A stretch of DNA of 30,210 bases from Planctomycetota bacterium. Lineage in GTDB: Bacteria > Planctomycetota > B15-G4 > JADJEK01. The position numbers and the translations under genes are program-made. The stretch is from NCBI GenBank assembly GCA_044225365.1, contig JBGAIQ010000062.1, forward strand, positions 1-30,210. The letters run 5' to 3'. The notes below the pieces were generated by a model. The model saw nothing but the letters and a program-made list of their open reading frames with translations, was not told the origin of the DNA and did not search any database. Shown piece by piece: positions 1 to 8,749 of this stretch; the stretch's first letter is position 1, and each line of letters begins with the position of its first letter.

Positions 1-322
1 GCAGCAGTCGACCACGCTCACCGTCGAAGGCGAGCCGAACGACTTCGCCGTCTTCTTCATGGCATTCAACGGAACGAGCCTTTCTCTCCCTCCGAATCAT
101 GGCTGGCTCGTGGTCGGCGGCCTCGGTCCCTTGCTCGGTCCGTTCGTGATCGGGACGCTTCCAGGGCCGAGTGGCGATCTTTCACTCAGCCTGATGGCGC
201 CCGATCTCGTCTCGCCCGCGCTTCTCGGTCAGCAGTTCCTGCTGCAGCCCGTGTTCCAGCATTCGCTCGGATACAGCTTCGGAGCGCCCACCGCGTTCGT
301 GCTGATCGACTCGACGCTTTGA
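1..322 (+). CDS. 3' end of a probable secreted protein (5'-truncated by the window edge), consisting of a ~100-aa C-terminal domain
   Basis: Frame is open from base 2 (QQSTTLTVEGEPNDFAVFFMAF...PSGDLSLSL..P...PALLGQQFLLQ...IDSTL*), stop at 320-322. It resembles the C-termini of 17828..18679 and 24293..26467. Confidence 0.75.
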   Translation, partial: QQSTTLTVEGEPNDFAVFFMAFNGTSLSLPPNHGWLVVGGLGPLLGPFVIGTLPGPSGDLSLSLMAPDLVSPALLGQQFLLQPVFQHSLGYSFGAPTAFVLIDSTL

Positions 323-439
323 GCGAAGGTTCGTGAGCAACCTCCGCCGCGCGCCGACGCGGCGTGAAGCAAACCGGCGCAGCGATGGCACTGCGCCAGA
401 TGAGCTTCTCTTGCGATGCGACACGCTGCTCCAGCACAA

Positions 440-508
440 CATCCATATGCCGGGCTGGAGCCCGGCGCTCCCAGCATCCATATGCCGGGCTGGAGCCCGG
501 CGCTCCCA
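440..508 (+). repeat. Two tandem copies of a 35-bp REP-like hairpin element
   Basis: CATCCATATGCCGGGCTGGAGCCCGGCGCTCCCA at 440-473 and 475-508. Internal hairpin is GCCGGGC-TGGA-GCCCGGC; location is intergenic. Confidence 0.9.
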
Positions 509-582
509 AGAACATCACATGACCGAGGAGTTTGCGGCGCTCGCGATCGAGATCCACCGACGCGGACAGTTCGCCGCAGGCC

Positions 583-610
583 TTGCTGAACTCGGAATCG
601 GTGCGATAAT
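583..610 (+). promoter_or_regulatory. Putative sigma-70 promoter of the tetR-RND operon
   Basis: TTGCTG (583-588), 16-nt spacer, GATAAT (605-610) with extended -10 TG at 602-603. It lies just upstream of the palindromic operator. Confidence 0.5.
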
Positions 611-621
611 CCTTCGATCAT

Positions 622-645
622 CGAAATGAATGCGCATTCATTTCG
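622..645. promoter_or_regulatory. Putative TetR operator (perfect 24-bp palindrome)
   Basis: CGAAATGAATGC|GCATTCATTTCG is AT-rich in a GC-rich background and sits between the promoter and the tetR start at 677. Confidence 0.8.
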
Positions 646-676
646 GACCCGAAGAGCGTGATTCTCGGAGCCAAGG

Positions 677-1312
677 ATGCCGACTCGCCCCCCGAACCCC
701 TCGAAATTGTGGGACAAGAAGCGCGCGGTCGTCGCCGACGCCTTCGTCGACGCGGCCGAGCAGGCTTTCGGAAAGCACGGGTACGAGCGGACCACGATGG
801 CGGAGATCGCGCGCGCGGCGGGCTGCGCCGCGGGCACCCTGTATTTGTACTTCAAGAGCAAGGAAGAACTCTTCAACGCGATGGTGACGAAGCACGCGTC
901 GGCGATCGGCGCTGCGAAGCGCGCTGCGCTCGAGAGCGCGAAGGATCCGCTCGAGGGAGTACGTGGCGCGCTCGCCACCGTCGTCGACTACTTCAACTCG
1001 CATCGATCGTTCTTCCGAGTGTTCTACGAGGCCGAGCCCGGCGCGCGACCGAATCCCCAGGCCTGCCTCCACGAAGAGGCTTTCACCGAATACCTCGCGA
1101 CGAAGAAACTCGAAGTCGCGGCGATGCGCCGGGCCCAGAAGCTCGGACACGTCCGCTCCGATTTCGATGCCGACGAACTCGTCGACTTCATGCACGGCTT
1201 CGGCATGGCGCAGTTCTCGCGCTGGGCGCTCTCCGACAAACCGCCCTCGCCCCGCGCGCAGCTCGATCACATCTGGAATCTCTCGCTCGGCGGCATTCGG
1301 GGGGAACGATGA
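677..1312 (+). CDS. TetR/AcrR-family transcriptional regulator
   Basis: N-terminal HTH signature AAEQAFGKHGYERTTMAEIARAAGCAAGTLYLYFKSKEELF; 211 aa; AAGG before ATG. Confidence 0.95.
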   Translation: MPTRPPNPSKLWDKKRAVVADAFVDAAEQAFGKHGYERTTMAEIARAAGCAAGTLYLYFKSKEELFNAMVTKHASAIGAAKRAALESAKDPLEGVRGALATVVDYFNSHRSFFRVFYEAEPGARPNPQACLHEEAFTEYLATKKLEVAAMRRAQKLGHVRSDFDADELVDFMHGFGMAQFSRWALSDKPPSPRAQLDHIWNLSLGGIRGER

Positions 1313-2829
1313 CCCGCGATCCGCGAATTCGACTCACACTGCTCCTCGCCCTCACCGCGTGTTCTTCCGAGCGATTCGATCGCGACGCCGAACTCGCGCG
1401 GACCGAGGCCGAGATCAGCGCGCGCGTCGCTTCGTTGAACCTCTCGTCCGAGCGGGTCCTCGCGCTCACGGATTGCGAGAGGATCGCCCTCTCGAACAAC
1501 TTGTCGTATCGCGTGTCGCTGCTGCGGACGCAGCTCCAGGACGAGGCGGTGCGCAGTTCGTTCGCCGAGATGCTGCCCCATGCCGACGCGAAGTTCACCC
1601 ACACCGAGCGCAGCAACGATCCCGCGATCAAGACGCAATCGCCGAGCGGCGGCGGGACGGCCGGCGCGGCGGGAGGTGGCGCAGGCGCTGCCGCGGCGGC
1701 GTCGCCTTCTTCGGTGTCGTTCGAGGATCGGATCATCGATACCTTTCGGGTCGGCGTCGTCCTTCCCGTCATCGACTACGGCGCGACGCGATATGCCTAC
1801 GAGATCGCACAGGACCGCAGGATGCAGGATCGGCTCATGCTGGTCCGCGCCCGCCAGACCCTGCTTCGCGACGTTCGGATCGCCTATGCGCGGCTCGCAT
1901 CGATCCTGCGTGACGTGACGCTGCTCGAGTCCGAGGTCGCATCGAACCGCGAGGCGCTGAAGGTCGCCCGTTCGCTCGAGCGCGAGGGGATCACGTCGGC
2001 GTCCGACACGGCGTTCGTCGATGCGAGTGTTGCTCGCGCCGAACTCGATCTCACGCTCGCCCAGCGCGACGCGCTCCTCGCGCATGCGCAGCTCGCGCGA
2101 ACCATGTCGGTCCCCAACGGCGTCGACTTCCGGATCGATCCGAATCCGCCGGAGATGCCGCCCCTCCCCGAATCGGTCGCTGTCGTCCGCGAGCTCGAAG
2201 ATCGTGCACTTCGATTCCGCCCGGAGACGTGGTCGCAGGACCTCGAGCGCAACGTCGCCGCGGCGAGCGTGCGCAAGGAGTTCGCGCAGTTCTTCCCCCG
2301 CCTCGATGCGAACCTCGACTTCAACTGGAGTTCGAACTCGCGCCTCGTGAACCCGTCGTACTTCACTTTCGGCTACACGATCGCCGACTCGCTGCTGAAC
2401 GGGACCGAGCAACTCTGGACGTACCGCGCTGCGGAGAAGTCCGTCGATGTCGAGAAGGAGCACGCGCTCCTCGTCGCCATCGGCGTGATGTTCGAAGTCG
2501 ACTTCCGCATCCTCGAACTCGCAAAGGCGCACGATGGCTTCGAAGCGCGCACCAAGCTCGTCGCGGCGCAACAGAGATTGTTCGAAGAAGTGAAGAGCCG
2601 CGCGCGCGAGGGACTCGAGAACGGCGCCAACGTCGCGCGAGCACTCTGGGATCTGCAGTCCGCCGAGCTCGGCGCGAATCAAACGAAGACCGACTACCTC
2701 GTCGCCTGGTACGAGCTGCAGGCTGCGACCGCGGCGGATGCTCTCGAGTCTCCGACACTCGAGGCCGAGAAACTCGAACCTCCCAAGTCCACTGAACCCT
2801 CAAAGACCCCGGAATCGGCCGGCGGATGA
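1309..2829 (+). CDS. TolC-family outer membrane efflux lipoprotein
   Basis: ATG at 1309 overlaps the tetR stop (ATGA). Lipobox-like signal MTRDPRIRLTLLLALTA-C; two OEP-like repeats (IALSNN...; ALRFRPE...AQFFPRLD); position in an RND operon. Confidence 0.9.
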   Translation: MTRDPRIRLTLLLALTACSSERFDRDAELARTEAEISARVASLNLSSERVLALTDCERIALSNNLSYRVSLLRTQLQDEAVRSSFAEMLPHADAKFTHTERSNDPAIKTQSPSGGGTAGAAGGGAGAAAAASPSSVSFEDRIIDTFRVGVVLPVIDYGATRYAYEIAQDRRMQDRLMLVRARQTLLRDVRIAYARLASILRDVTLLESEVASNREALKVARSLEREGITSASDTAFVDASVARAELDLTLAQRDALLAHAQLARTMSVPNGVDFRIDPNPPEMPPLPESVAVVRELEDRALRFRPETWSQDLERNVAAASVRKEFAQFFPRLDANLDFNWSSNSRLVNPSYFTFGYTIADSLLNGTEQLWTYRAAEKSVDVEKEHALLVAIGVMFEVDFRILELAKAHDGFEARTKLVAAQQRLFEEVKSRAREGLENGANVARALWDLQSAELGANQTKTDYLVAWYELQAATAADALESPTLEAEKLEPPKSTEPSKTPESAGG

Positions 2830-4145
2830 GGCGGAGAGACATCCCGATGAAGCCCAGAGTCGAGCTCCTGCTGTTACTCCTGCTGAGCGGCACGAACCTT
2901 CCGCTCGCCGCGGGCGCGACGAGCACCACCGACGACGCCGACGGCCGAGTCCACGTCGTGGCGGTGCATCCGTTGCGCGAACGGAAGATCGTCACCACGG
3001 GGCGCATCGTCGCGCTCGACTCCGCCAAGATCGGTTCGCGGATCTCGGGACGCATCGCGGGATTCGGGGTCGATTCGAACGGTCTTCCGCTCGACGTCGG
3101 TTCCCGCGTGAAGAAGGGCGCCGAGCTCTTTCACATCGAGAACGCTCCGATCGCCGCCAAGCTGCAAGCGGCCCACATCGCCACCGCCCGCGTCGAGGCC
3201 GAGCTCGAGGATCTGCAGGCCGGCACGCGGAAGGAGCGCGTCGCCGCGACGGCGGCGGCCGTCAGCGAAGTCGATGCGCGCATCGACGAAGCGAAGCGCG
3301 ATCTCGAACGCTATCGCCGGCTCGTCGAGGAGGACAAGACCGTCCCCGCGAAGAAGCTCGAGGAGATCGAGGTGAAACTGCGCGCCCTCGAGGCGGAACG
3401 CGAAGCCGATCGCGCGCGACTCGAAGAGGCCAAGGCGGGAGCGACGGCCACCGAGATCGCGATCGCGAAGGCCAAGGTCGAAGAGGGCCTCGCGCAGGAG
3501 AAGATCCTGCAGATCGACCTCGACGACTGCATCGTCCGCGCGCCCTTCGATGGCATCGTCATCGAGAGGTCGACCAGCATCGGGGACTACGTGAACTCTG
3601 CGCCGTTCGTCGAAGTGTTGAAGCTCGTCTCTGATGCTCGACTCGAGGCCGAAGTCCTGCTGAACGAGGAGTCGTTCGGAGACGTCCTCGCGGGACTCAC
3701 GCAGGCGACGATCGAGAACAAGGGGCGCGGGGGCGCAATCACGGCGGTCGTGACGCGCCGCGTGGACGTGATCGATCCCGCGTCGGGTCAATTCACGGTC
3801 CGAATCGCGATTCCCGAAGCCTCCGCTTCGATCTTCGCGCCCGGAACGTTCGTCGGTGCGATACTCGAGAATTCGAGAACTGCTGGAGAAGGGTCAGGAA
3901 GCAGACCGCGCGAATCGAGCAACGTCGTCGTTCCCGCCGCGGCCGTCTTCGGCGATGCCGCGAGCTCGTACGTCTTCGTCGCAACGAATGGCGTGATGAA
4001 GCAGACCTCGATCGGGATCTCGAGTCGTCTCTCCGACAGTGTCGTCGTTTCGTCCGGACTCGCCCTCGACGATCGCGTCGTCGTCGGTCCCAAGGCTTTG
4101 CTCGCCGACGGCAAGCCGTTGCCGAAATCCACCGGCGCGAACTGA
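2826..4145 (+). CDS. RND efflux periplasmic adaptor (membrane fusion protein)
   Basis: Lipoyl half-motifs (IGSRISGRI...GSRVKKGAELF; IVRAPFDGIV...GDYV) flank a long coiled coil; C-terminal VVVPAAAV...SGLALDDRVVV. ATGA overlap; an alternative start exists at 2847. Confidence 0.92.
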   Translation: MRRRDIPMKPRVELLLLLLLSGTNLPLAAGATSTTDDADGRVHVVAVHPLRERKIVTTGRIVALDSAKIGSRISGRIAGFGVDSNGLPLDVGSRVKKGAELFHIENAPIAAKLQAAHIATARVEAELEDLQAGTRKERVAATAAAVSEVDARIDEAKRDLERYRRLVEEDKTVPAKKLEEIEVKLRALEAEREADRARLEEAKAGATATEIAIAKAKVEEGLAQEKILQIDLDDCIVRAPFDGIVIERSTSIGDYVNSAPFVEVLKLVSDARLEAEVLLNEESFGDVLAGLTQATIENKGRGGAITAVVTRRVDVIDPASGQFTVRIAIPEASASIFAPGTFVGAILENSRTAGEGSGSRPRESSNVVVPAAAVFGDAASSYVFVATNGVMKQTSIGISSRLSDSVVVSSGLALDDRVVVGPKALLADGKPLPKSTGAN

Positions 4146-4182
4146 GCGACGGCGCTCTCCTTCGAGGAAAGAAGCGAACTCC

Positions 4183-7100
4183 ATGCTCATCTCCAAGATC
4201 GCGATCCAGCGCCCGGTCTTCACCTCGATGGTGATGGCGGCGCTCATCGTGTTCGGATTCATCTCGTACCAGCGACTCGGAGTCGACCTCTTCCCGCGCG
4301 TCGAATTCCCGATCGTGACGATCCTCACCGAACTGCCCGGCGCCGATCCGCAGACGATCGAGACGACCGTGACGGACCCGGTGGAGGAAGCCGTCAACAC
4401 GATCTCCGGCATCAAGCACCTGCGCTCGACGAGCGCGGAGAACATGTCGCAGGTCGCCGTCGAGTTCACCCTCGACAAGGACATCGACGTCGCGTTCCAG
4501 GAGATCACGGCGCGCATCGCCTCGATTCGCTCGCGCTTGCCGGAGGAGATCGAGGAACCCGTCATCGAGAAGTTCGATGCCGATGCGTCGCCGATCCTCT
4601 CCATCATCGTCGCGGGCGATCTGCCCGAGCGAGAGCTCGGACGCCTCGCCGACAAGACCGTGAAGGAGCGCATCCAGCACATTCGCGACGTCGGCTCGGT
4701 CCGACTCGTCGGTTTCCGCGATCGCAAGATGTGGCTCTGGCTGCAACGCGACGCGTTGGAGCGCCAATCGCTCGCGATGAACGACGTGATCGACGCACTG
4801 AAGCGGGAGCACGTCGAGATCCCGGGAGGCCGAGTCTCGACCGGGAAGAGCGACATCAGCACCAAGCTCGAGGCCGAGTTCGACCGCGCCGAGCAGTTCG
4901 ACGACCTCATCGTTGCAGATCGGGCCGGCGGATCGATCAAGCTGAAGGACATCGGTCACGCGGAGGACGGTCTCGAGGAGGAGCGCTCGCGCGCACGCCT
5001 CGATGGCAAGCCGTGCATCGCGCTCCAGGTGCGCAGGCAGTCGGGAACGAACGCCGTCGAAGTATCCGACGCGGTGGTGGCCGAAGTCGAAAAGATGCGC
5101 ACCGAGCTGAAGCCGCTCGGCGTTCGACTCGAATTCGCCGAGGAACAGGCTCCGTTCATCAAGCACGCCGTGAACGATGTGAAGCGCCACCTCACGATGG
5201 GCGGTCTGCTCGCGGTTTCGATCGTCCTTCTCTTCCTCCTCAACTTCCGCAGCACGTTCATCAGCTCGCTCGTTCTCCCCACCTCGATCATCGCCACCTT
5301 CATGATGATGGCGGCGATGGGATTCACATTGAACATGATGACGATGCTCGGGCTCACGCTCGCCATCGGCCTCCTGATCGACGACGCGATCGTCGTGCAG
5401 GAGAACATCATGCGCCACGTCGAGGAAGGGATGCCGGCGCGAGAAGCGGCTTACTTCGCGACGAACGAGATCGGACTCGCAGTGCTCGCGACGACGCTCT
5501 CCGTCGTCTCGGTGTTCGTGCCCGTCGCGTTCATGCGCGGGCTCGTCGGTCGGTTCTTCGAGTCGTTCGCGCTCACCGTCACCGTCGCGGTGCTCATCTC
5601 GATGGTGATCTCGTTCACGCTCGACCCGATGCTCTCCTCGCGATTGCTCGTGAAGCCGAAGAAGAAGAACTTCGTGTTCCGCGCGCTCGAATCGGGATTC
5701 CGCAGGCTCGAGCTGGCCTACGAACACGTGCTGCGATTCTGCCTGCGCTTCCGTTCGCTCGTCGTGCTGTTCGCGATCGGTTGCCTCGCGTCGATCTTCA
5801 TGCTCGCGGGCTCGCTGCGTTTCGAGTTCGTTCCCGTCGAAGACCAATCCGAGTTCAACGTGAAGGTGCGCGCGCCGCTCGGGTCGTCGGTCGATGCCAC
5901 GAGCGAGCTGATGGAGCGGGTCGTCGCGCACGTGAAGGATCTGCCGGAGAAGGAATACGCCTTCTACACGGTCGGCGCCGACGAACTCTCACGGGCCAAC
6001 GAAGGCAAGCTGTACGTGAAGCTCGTTCCCAAGGACGCGCGCGAGCGCAACCAGGCCGAGATCATGGAGGCGGTGCGCAAGAGCCTCGCCGACGTGAAGG
6101 ACGGGATCATCTCCGTCGAAATCGTTCCCCGCATCTCGGGTGGCGGGCGCCGCTGGGCACAGCTCCAGTTCGAATTGCGCGGCCCCGAACTCACCGAACT
6201 CGATCGCATCTCGCGCGGCCTGCAGGAGAAGATGAAGGCAGCGGGCGGCTACGTCGACGTCGACTCGTCGTTCGAAACGGGCAAGCCCGAGGTCGACGTC
6301 CGCATGCAGCGCGATCGCGCCGCCGATCTCGGCGTATCGCCGGTGGGAGTCGGACAAACGCTTCGAGCCGCGATAGGCGGACTCGAGATCGGAACGTTCA
6401 AGGCCGACAACGATCGCTACGACGTCGCCGTCCGCCTGCTCGAGAACGATCGAAAGTCACCCGAGCAGATCGAGAGCCTGCGCGTGCGCAGCCGCTTCGG
6501 CAATCTCGTCGAGCTGCGCAACATCGCGAACATCGAGCGCATCGCTGCTCCGGTCGAGATCAGTCGCTACAACCGCCAGCGCCAGATCACGGTCCTCGCG
6601 AACCTGTCGGGCAAGGTGCTCGGCGACGCCACGATCGAGATCGATCGCTTCGCGAAGGACCTGGGAATCCCTCCGGGATACCAAACCGGTTGGACCGGCT
6701 TCGCCGACACGATGCAGGAAGCCGTGGGCAACGCTCCGCTGACGCTGCTCCTCGCTCTCATCGTCATCTACATGGTGCTCGCGTCGCAGTTCGAATCGCT
6801 CATCCATCCGTTCACGATCATGCTCACGCTGCCGCTCGCCTTCATCGGCGCGTTCGCGGCGCTGCTCATCTTCAAGCAGACGATCAGCCTCTACGTGTTC
6901 CTCGGGATCGTGTTCTTGATGGGCCTCGTCACGAAGAACGCGATCCTGCTCGTCGACTTCGCGAACACGCTGCGCAAGCGCGACGGTCTCGATGCGAGCA
7001 GCGCGTTGCTGAAGGCTGGACCCGTCCGCTTGCGACCCATCCTGATGACGACGGTCGCGATGATCGCGGGCATGCTGCCCGTCGCGCTCGGCAACGGCGT

Positions 7101-7365
7101 CGGCTCGGAGTCGCGCAAGCCGATGGCGATCTCGGTGATCGGCGGTCTCATCTCGTCGACCCTGCTCACGCTGATCGTCGTGCCGGTGTTCTACTCGCTG
7201 TTCGATCAGATGGTCGGGTTCTTTCGGCGCATCGTCCGCAGGTTGCTCGGTCGTCCGCAGGATTCTCCGAATCCGCCCGTCGAGGTCGCCGCTCCAAACG
7301 AACTGGCCGCGACGGAAAAGGACGTTCACGCCGAAACTTCGCTGACGAGCGACGGAGGCCCGTGA
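4183..7365 (+). CDS. RND efflux permease, AcrB/AcrD/AcrF (HAE1) family
   Basis: Starts MLISKIAIQRPVF (ATG 4183), ~1060 aa. TM4 GLLIDDAIVVQENI, TM10 GLVTKNAILLVD and RLRPILMT show the proton-relay residues are intact. Confidence 0.96.
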   Translation: MLISKIAIQRPVFTSMVMAALIVFGFISYQRLGVDLFPRVEFPIVTILTELPGADPQTIETTVTDPVEEAVNTISGIKHLRSTSAENMSQVAVEFTLDKDIDVAFQEITARIASIRSRLPEEIEEPVIEKFDADASPILSIIVAGDLPERELGRLADKTVKERIQHIRDVGSVRLVGFRDRKMWLWLQRDALERQSLAMNDVIDALKREHVEIPGGRVSTGKSDISTKLEAEFDRAEQFDDLIVADRAGGSIKLKDIGHAEDGLEEERSRARLDGKPCIALQVRRQSGTNAVEVSDAVVAEVEKMRTELKPLGVRLEFAEEQAPFIKHAVNDVKRHLTMGGLLAVSIVLLFLLNFRSTFISSLVLPTSIIATFMMMAAMGFTLNMMTMLGLTLAIGLLIDDAIVVQENIMRHVEEGMPAREAAYFATNEIGLAVLATTLSVVSVFVPVAFMRGLVGRFFESFALTVTVAVLISMVISFTLDPMLSSRLLVKPKKKNFVFRALESGFRRLELAYEHVLRFCLRFRSLVVLFAIGCLASIFMLAGSLRFEFVPVEDQSEFNVKVRAPLGSSVDATSELMERVVAHVKDLPEKEYAFYTVGADELSRANEGKLYVKLVPKDARERNQAEIMEAVRKSLADVKDGIISVEIVPRISGGGRRWAQLQFELRGPELTELDRISRGLQEKMKAAGGYVDVDSSFETGKPEVDVRMQRDRAADLGVSPVGVGQTLRAAIGGLEIGTFKADNDRYDVAVRLLENDRKSPEQIESLRVRSRFGNLVELRNIANIERIAAPVEISRYNRQRQITVLANLSGKVLGDATIEIDRFAKDLGIPPGYQTGWTGFADTMQEAVGNAPLTLLLALIVIYMVLASQFESLIHPFTIMLTLPLAFIGAFAALLIFKQTISLYVFLGIVFLMGLVTKNAILLVDFANTLRKRDGLDASSALLKAGPVRLRPILMTTVAMIAGMLPVALGNGVGSESRKPMAISVIGGLISSTLLTLIVVPVFYSLFDQMVGFFRRIVRRLLGRPQDSPNPPVEVAAPNELAATEKDVHAETSLTSDGGP

Positions 7366-7386
7366 GGCTTCTTCGCGAGTCGAAGC

Positions 7387-8076
7387 TCACGCCGAGGTCG
7401 CGATGTCCTGGGGCGGTCCGCCTCGCCGAAGGAGACGTTGCTCGATATCGTCGAGAGAGACGTCGAGGAGCGTCAGGTGAGGCGGGATATCGAGACGCGC
7501 CGTCTGCTCCGCACCGATCGTCCGCACGGGGGTCAGCACTTGCCCGTGGCGAGCCACGCGAATCTCGACCGTCTTGCCCGCCGCATCGCGAATCGTCGTG
7601 ATCGAGAAGTCGCTGTTCGGGTACACGGACAGACCCGAGAACTCGTGTCCCACGACGAAGAGAACCGTGTTCTCTCCAACGCGGAAGGCATGACACGCGC
7701 CTTCGTCGTCGCTCTCTTCGAAGGCGACGACGGCGTCGGATCGCACGCGAACTCCCTCCGCACGATTGAGTTCGAGCGCCGATTCGATCGATCGCTCGAT
7801 GCGCAGCAGATCGCCGCACGCGTTCGAGCCCGCGACCGCCGCGATCGCGATCACGAGGAATCCGAAGAGTGCGCCGAGGAGGATCGGCGGTGCCGCGGAG
7901 GCAAGCCAGGCGAGCCCGCAGAGCACGAGGCAGAACGCGAACGAGATCAGCGACGTTCGCAGGAACGCCATGTTTCGCCGCTTCGCGATGACGATGATGC
8001 GACGACGGAGCAGCTTTCGCTCGGCGTCGCTCAATTCGCGTTCGACACGACCGAAGGATCGGGCTTCGTTCGACAT
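7387..8076 (-). CDS. Hypothetical membrane protein (2 TM helices plus a soluble beta-rich domain)
   Basis: ATG at 8076 with AAGGAA SD; 229 aa; hydrophobic pair TSLISFAFCLVLCGLAWLA / ILLGALFGFLVIAIAAV. It fills the gap between the permease and the CopD-like gene. Confidence 0.7.
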   Translation of the reverse strand: MSNEARSFGRVERELSDAERKLLRRRIIVIAKRRNMAFLRTSLISFAFCLVLCGLAWLASAAPPILLGALFGFLVIAIAAVAGSNACGDLLRIERSIESALELNRAEGVRVRSDAVVAFEESDDEGACHAFRVGENTVLFVVGHEFSGLSVYPNSDFSITTIRDAAGKTVEIRVARHGQVLTPVRTIGAEQTARLDIPPHLTLLDVSLDDIEQRLLRRGGPPQDIATSA

Positions 8077-8145
8077 GGCTTCCTTACATCGGCCCATCGC
8101 AAGTTGGACTGATGGACGATTTCCCGTTGCGGTGCGAGCGATAGG

Positions 8146-8604
8146 ATGACGAGCCTCATGAACGCCTACGCCGTCGTCGTCACTCTTCACGTCCTTGGCG
8201 CCACGATCTGGACCGGTGGACATCTCGTGCTCTCGCACACCGTGCTACCGCGTGCGCTGAAGGCGAACGACCCGAAGATCGTGCAGGACTTCGAGGCGGG
8301 GTTCGAGAAGATCGGGATCCCGGCCCTGATCCTCCAGGTCCTCACCGGCGCCCACCTCGCGGCGACGCATCTCCCCGGAGTCGGGACGTGGCTCGACACG
8401 AGCAACCCGGTCGCGCGACTCGTGCTCGCGAAGCTCGGCCTCCTGCTCGCCACGGTGCTGCTCGCCGCGCACGCCCGCATCGCGATCGTCCCGAAGATCA
8501 CGAAGGAGAACCTGCGCCCGCTGGCGTGGCACATCCGCATCGTGACCGCGCTCGCCGTCGGATTCGTGATCCTCGGCGTCGCCATCCGCTCCGGCGGGCT
8601 GTGA
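8146..8604 (+). CDS. CopD-family (copper resistance D-like) membrane protein
   Basis: LHVLGATIWTGG motif, four hydrophobic segments, KLGLL...H. The real start may be 8158. Confidence 0.8.
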   Translation: MTSLMNAYAVVVTLHVLGATIWTGGHLVLSHTVLPRALKANDPKIVQDFEAGFEKIGIPALILQVLTGAHLAATHLPGVGTWLDTSNPVARLVLAKLGLLLATVLLAAHARIAIVPKITKENLRPLAWHIRIVTALAVGFVILGVAIRSGGL

Positions 8605-8633
8605 CGGAGGATCGACCGGATCGCCAGTCGAAG

Positions 8634-8736
8634 AGCCACGCTGGAGCGTGGCGGTCCGAGGACCGCCGGGCTGTGCCCGGCATAGGGCGATGGGAAGGAA
8701 AGACAGAAGCCACGCTGGAGCGTGGCGGTCCTCGGC
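8634..8736. repeat. Cluster of three REP-like hairpin elements (direct-inverted-direct) between convergent genes
   Basis: AGCCACGCTGGAGCGTGGCGGTCC at 8634-8657 and 8708-8731; inverted variant TATGCCGGGCACAGCCCGGCGGTCCTCGG at 8684-8656. Confidence 0.85.
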
Positions 8737-8749
8737 GGAGAGAGGACCC

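Noticed and set aside
333-629. 98-aa ORF in the first intergenic region
   Set aside because: It runs through the REP-like duplication and the promoter/operator and has no recognisable motif.
658-1308. 217-aa N-terminal extension of the TolC-like ORF
   Set aside because: It overlaps tetR in another frame. The true start at 1309 gives an ATGA coupling and a lipoprotein signal.
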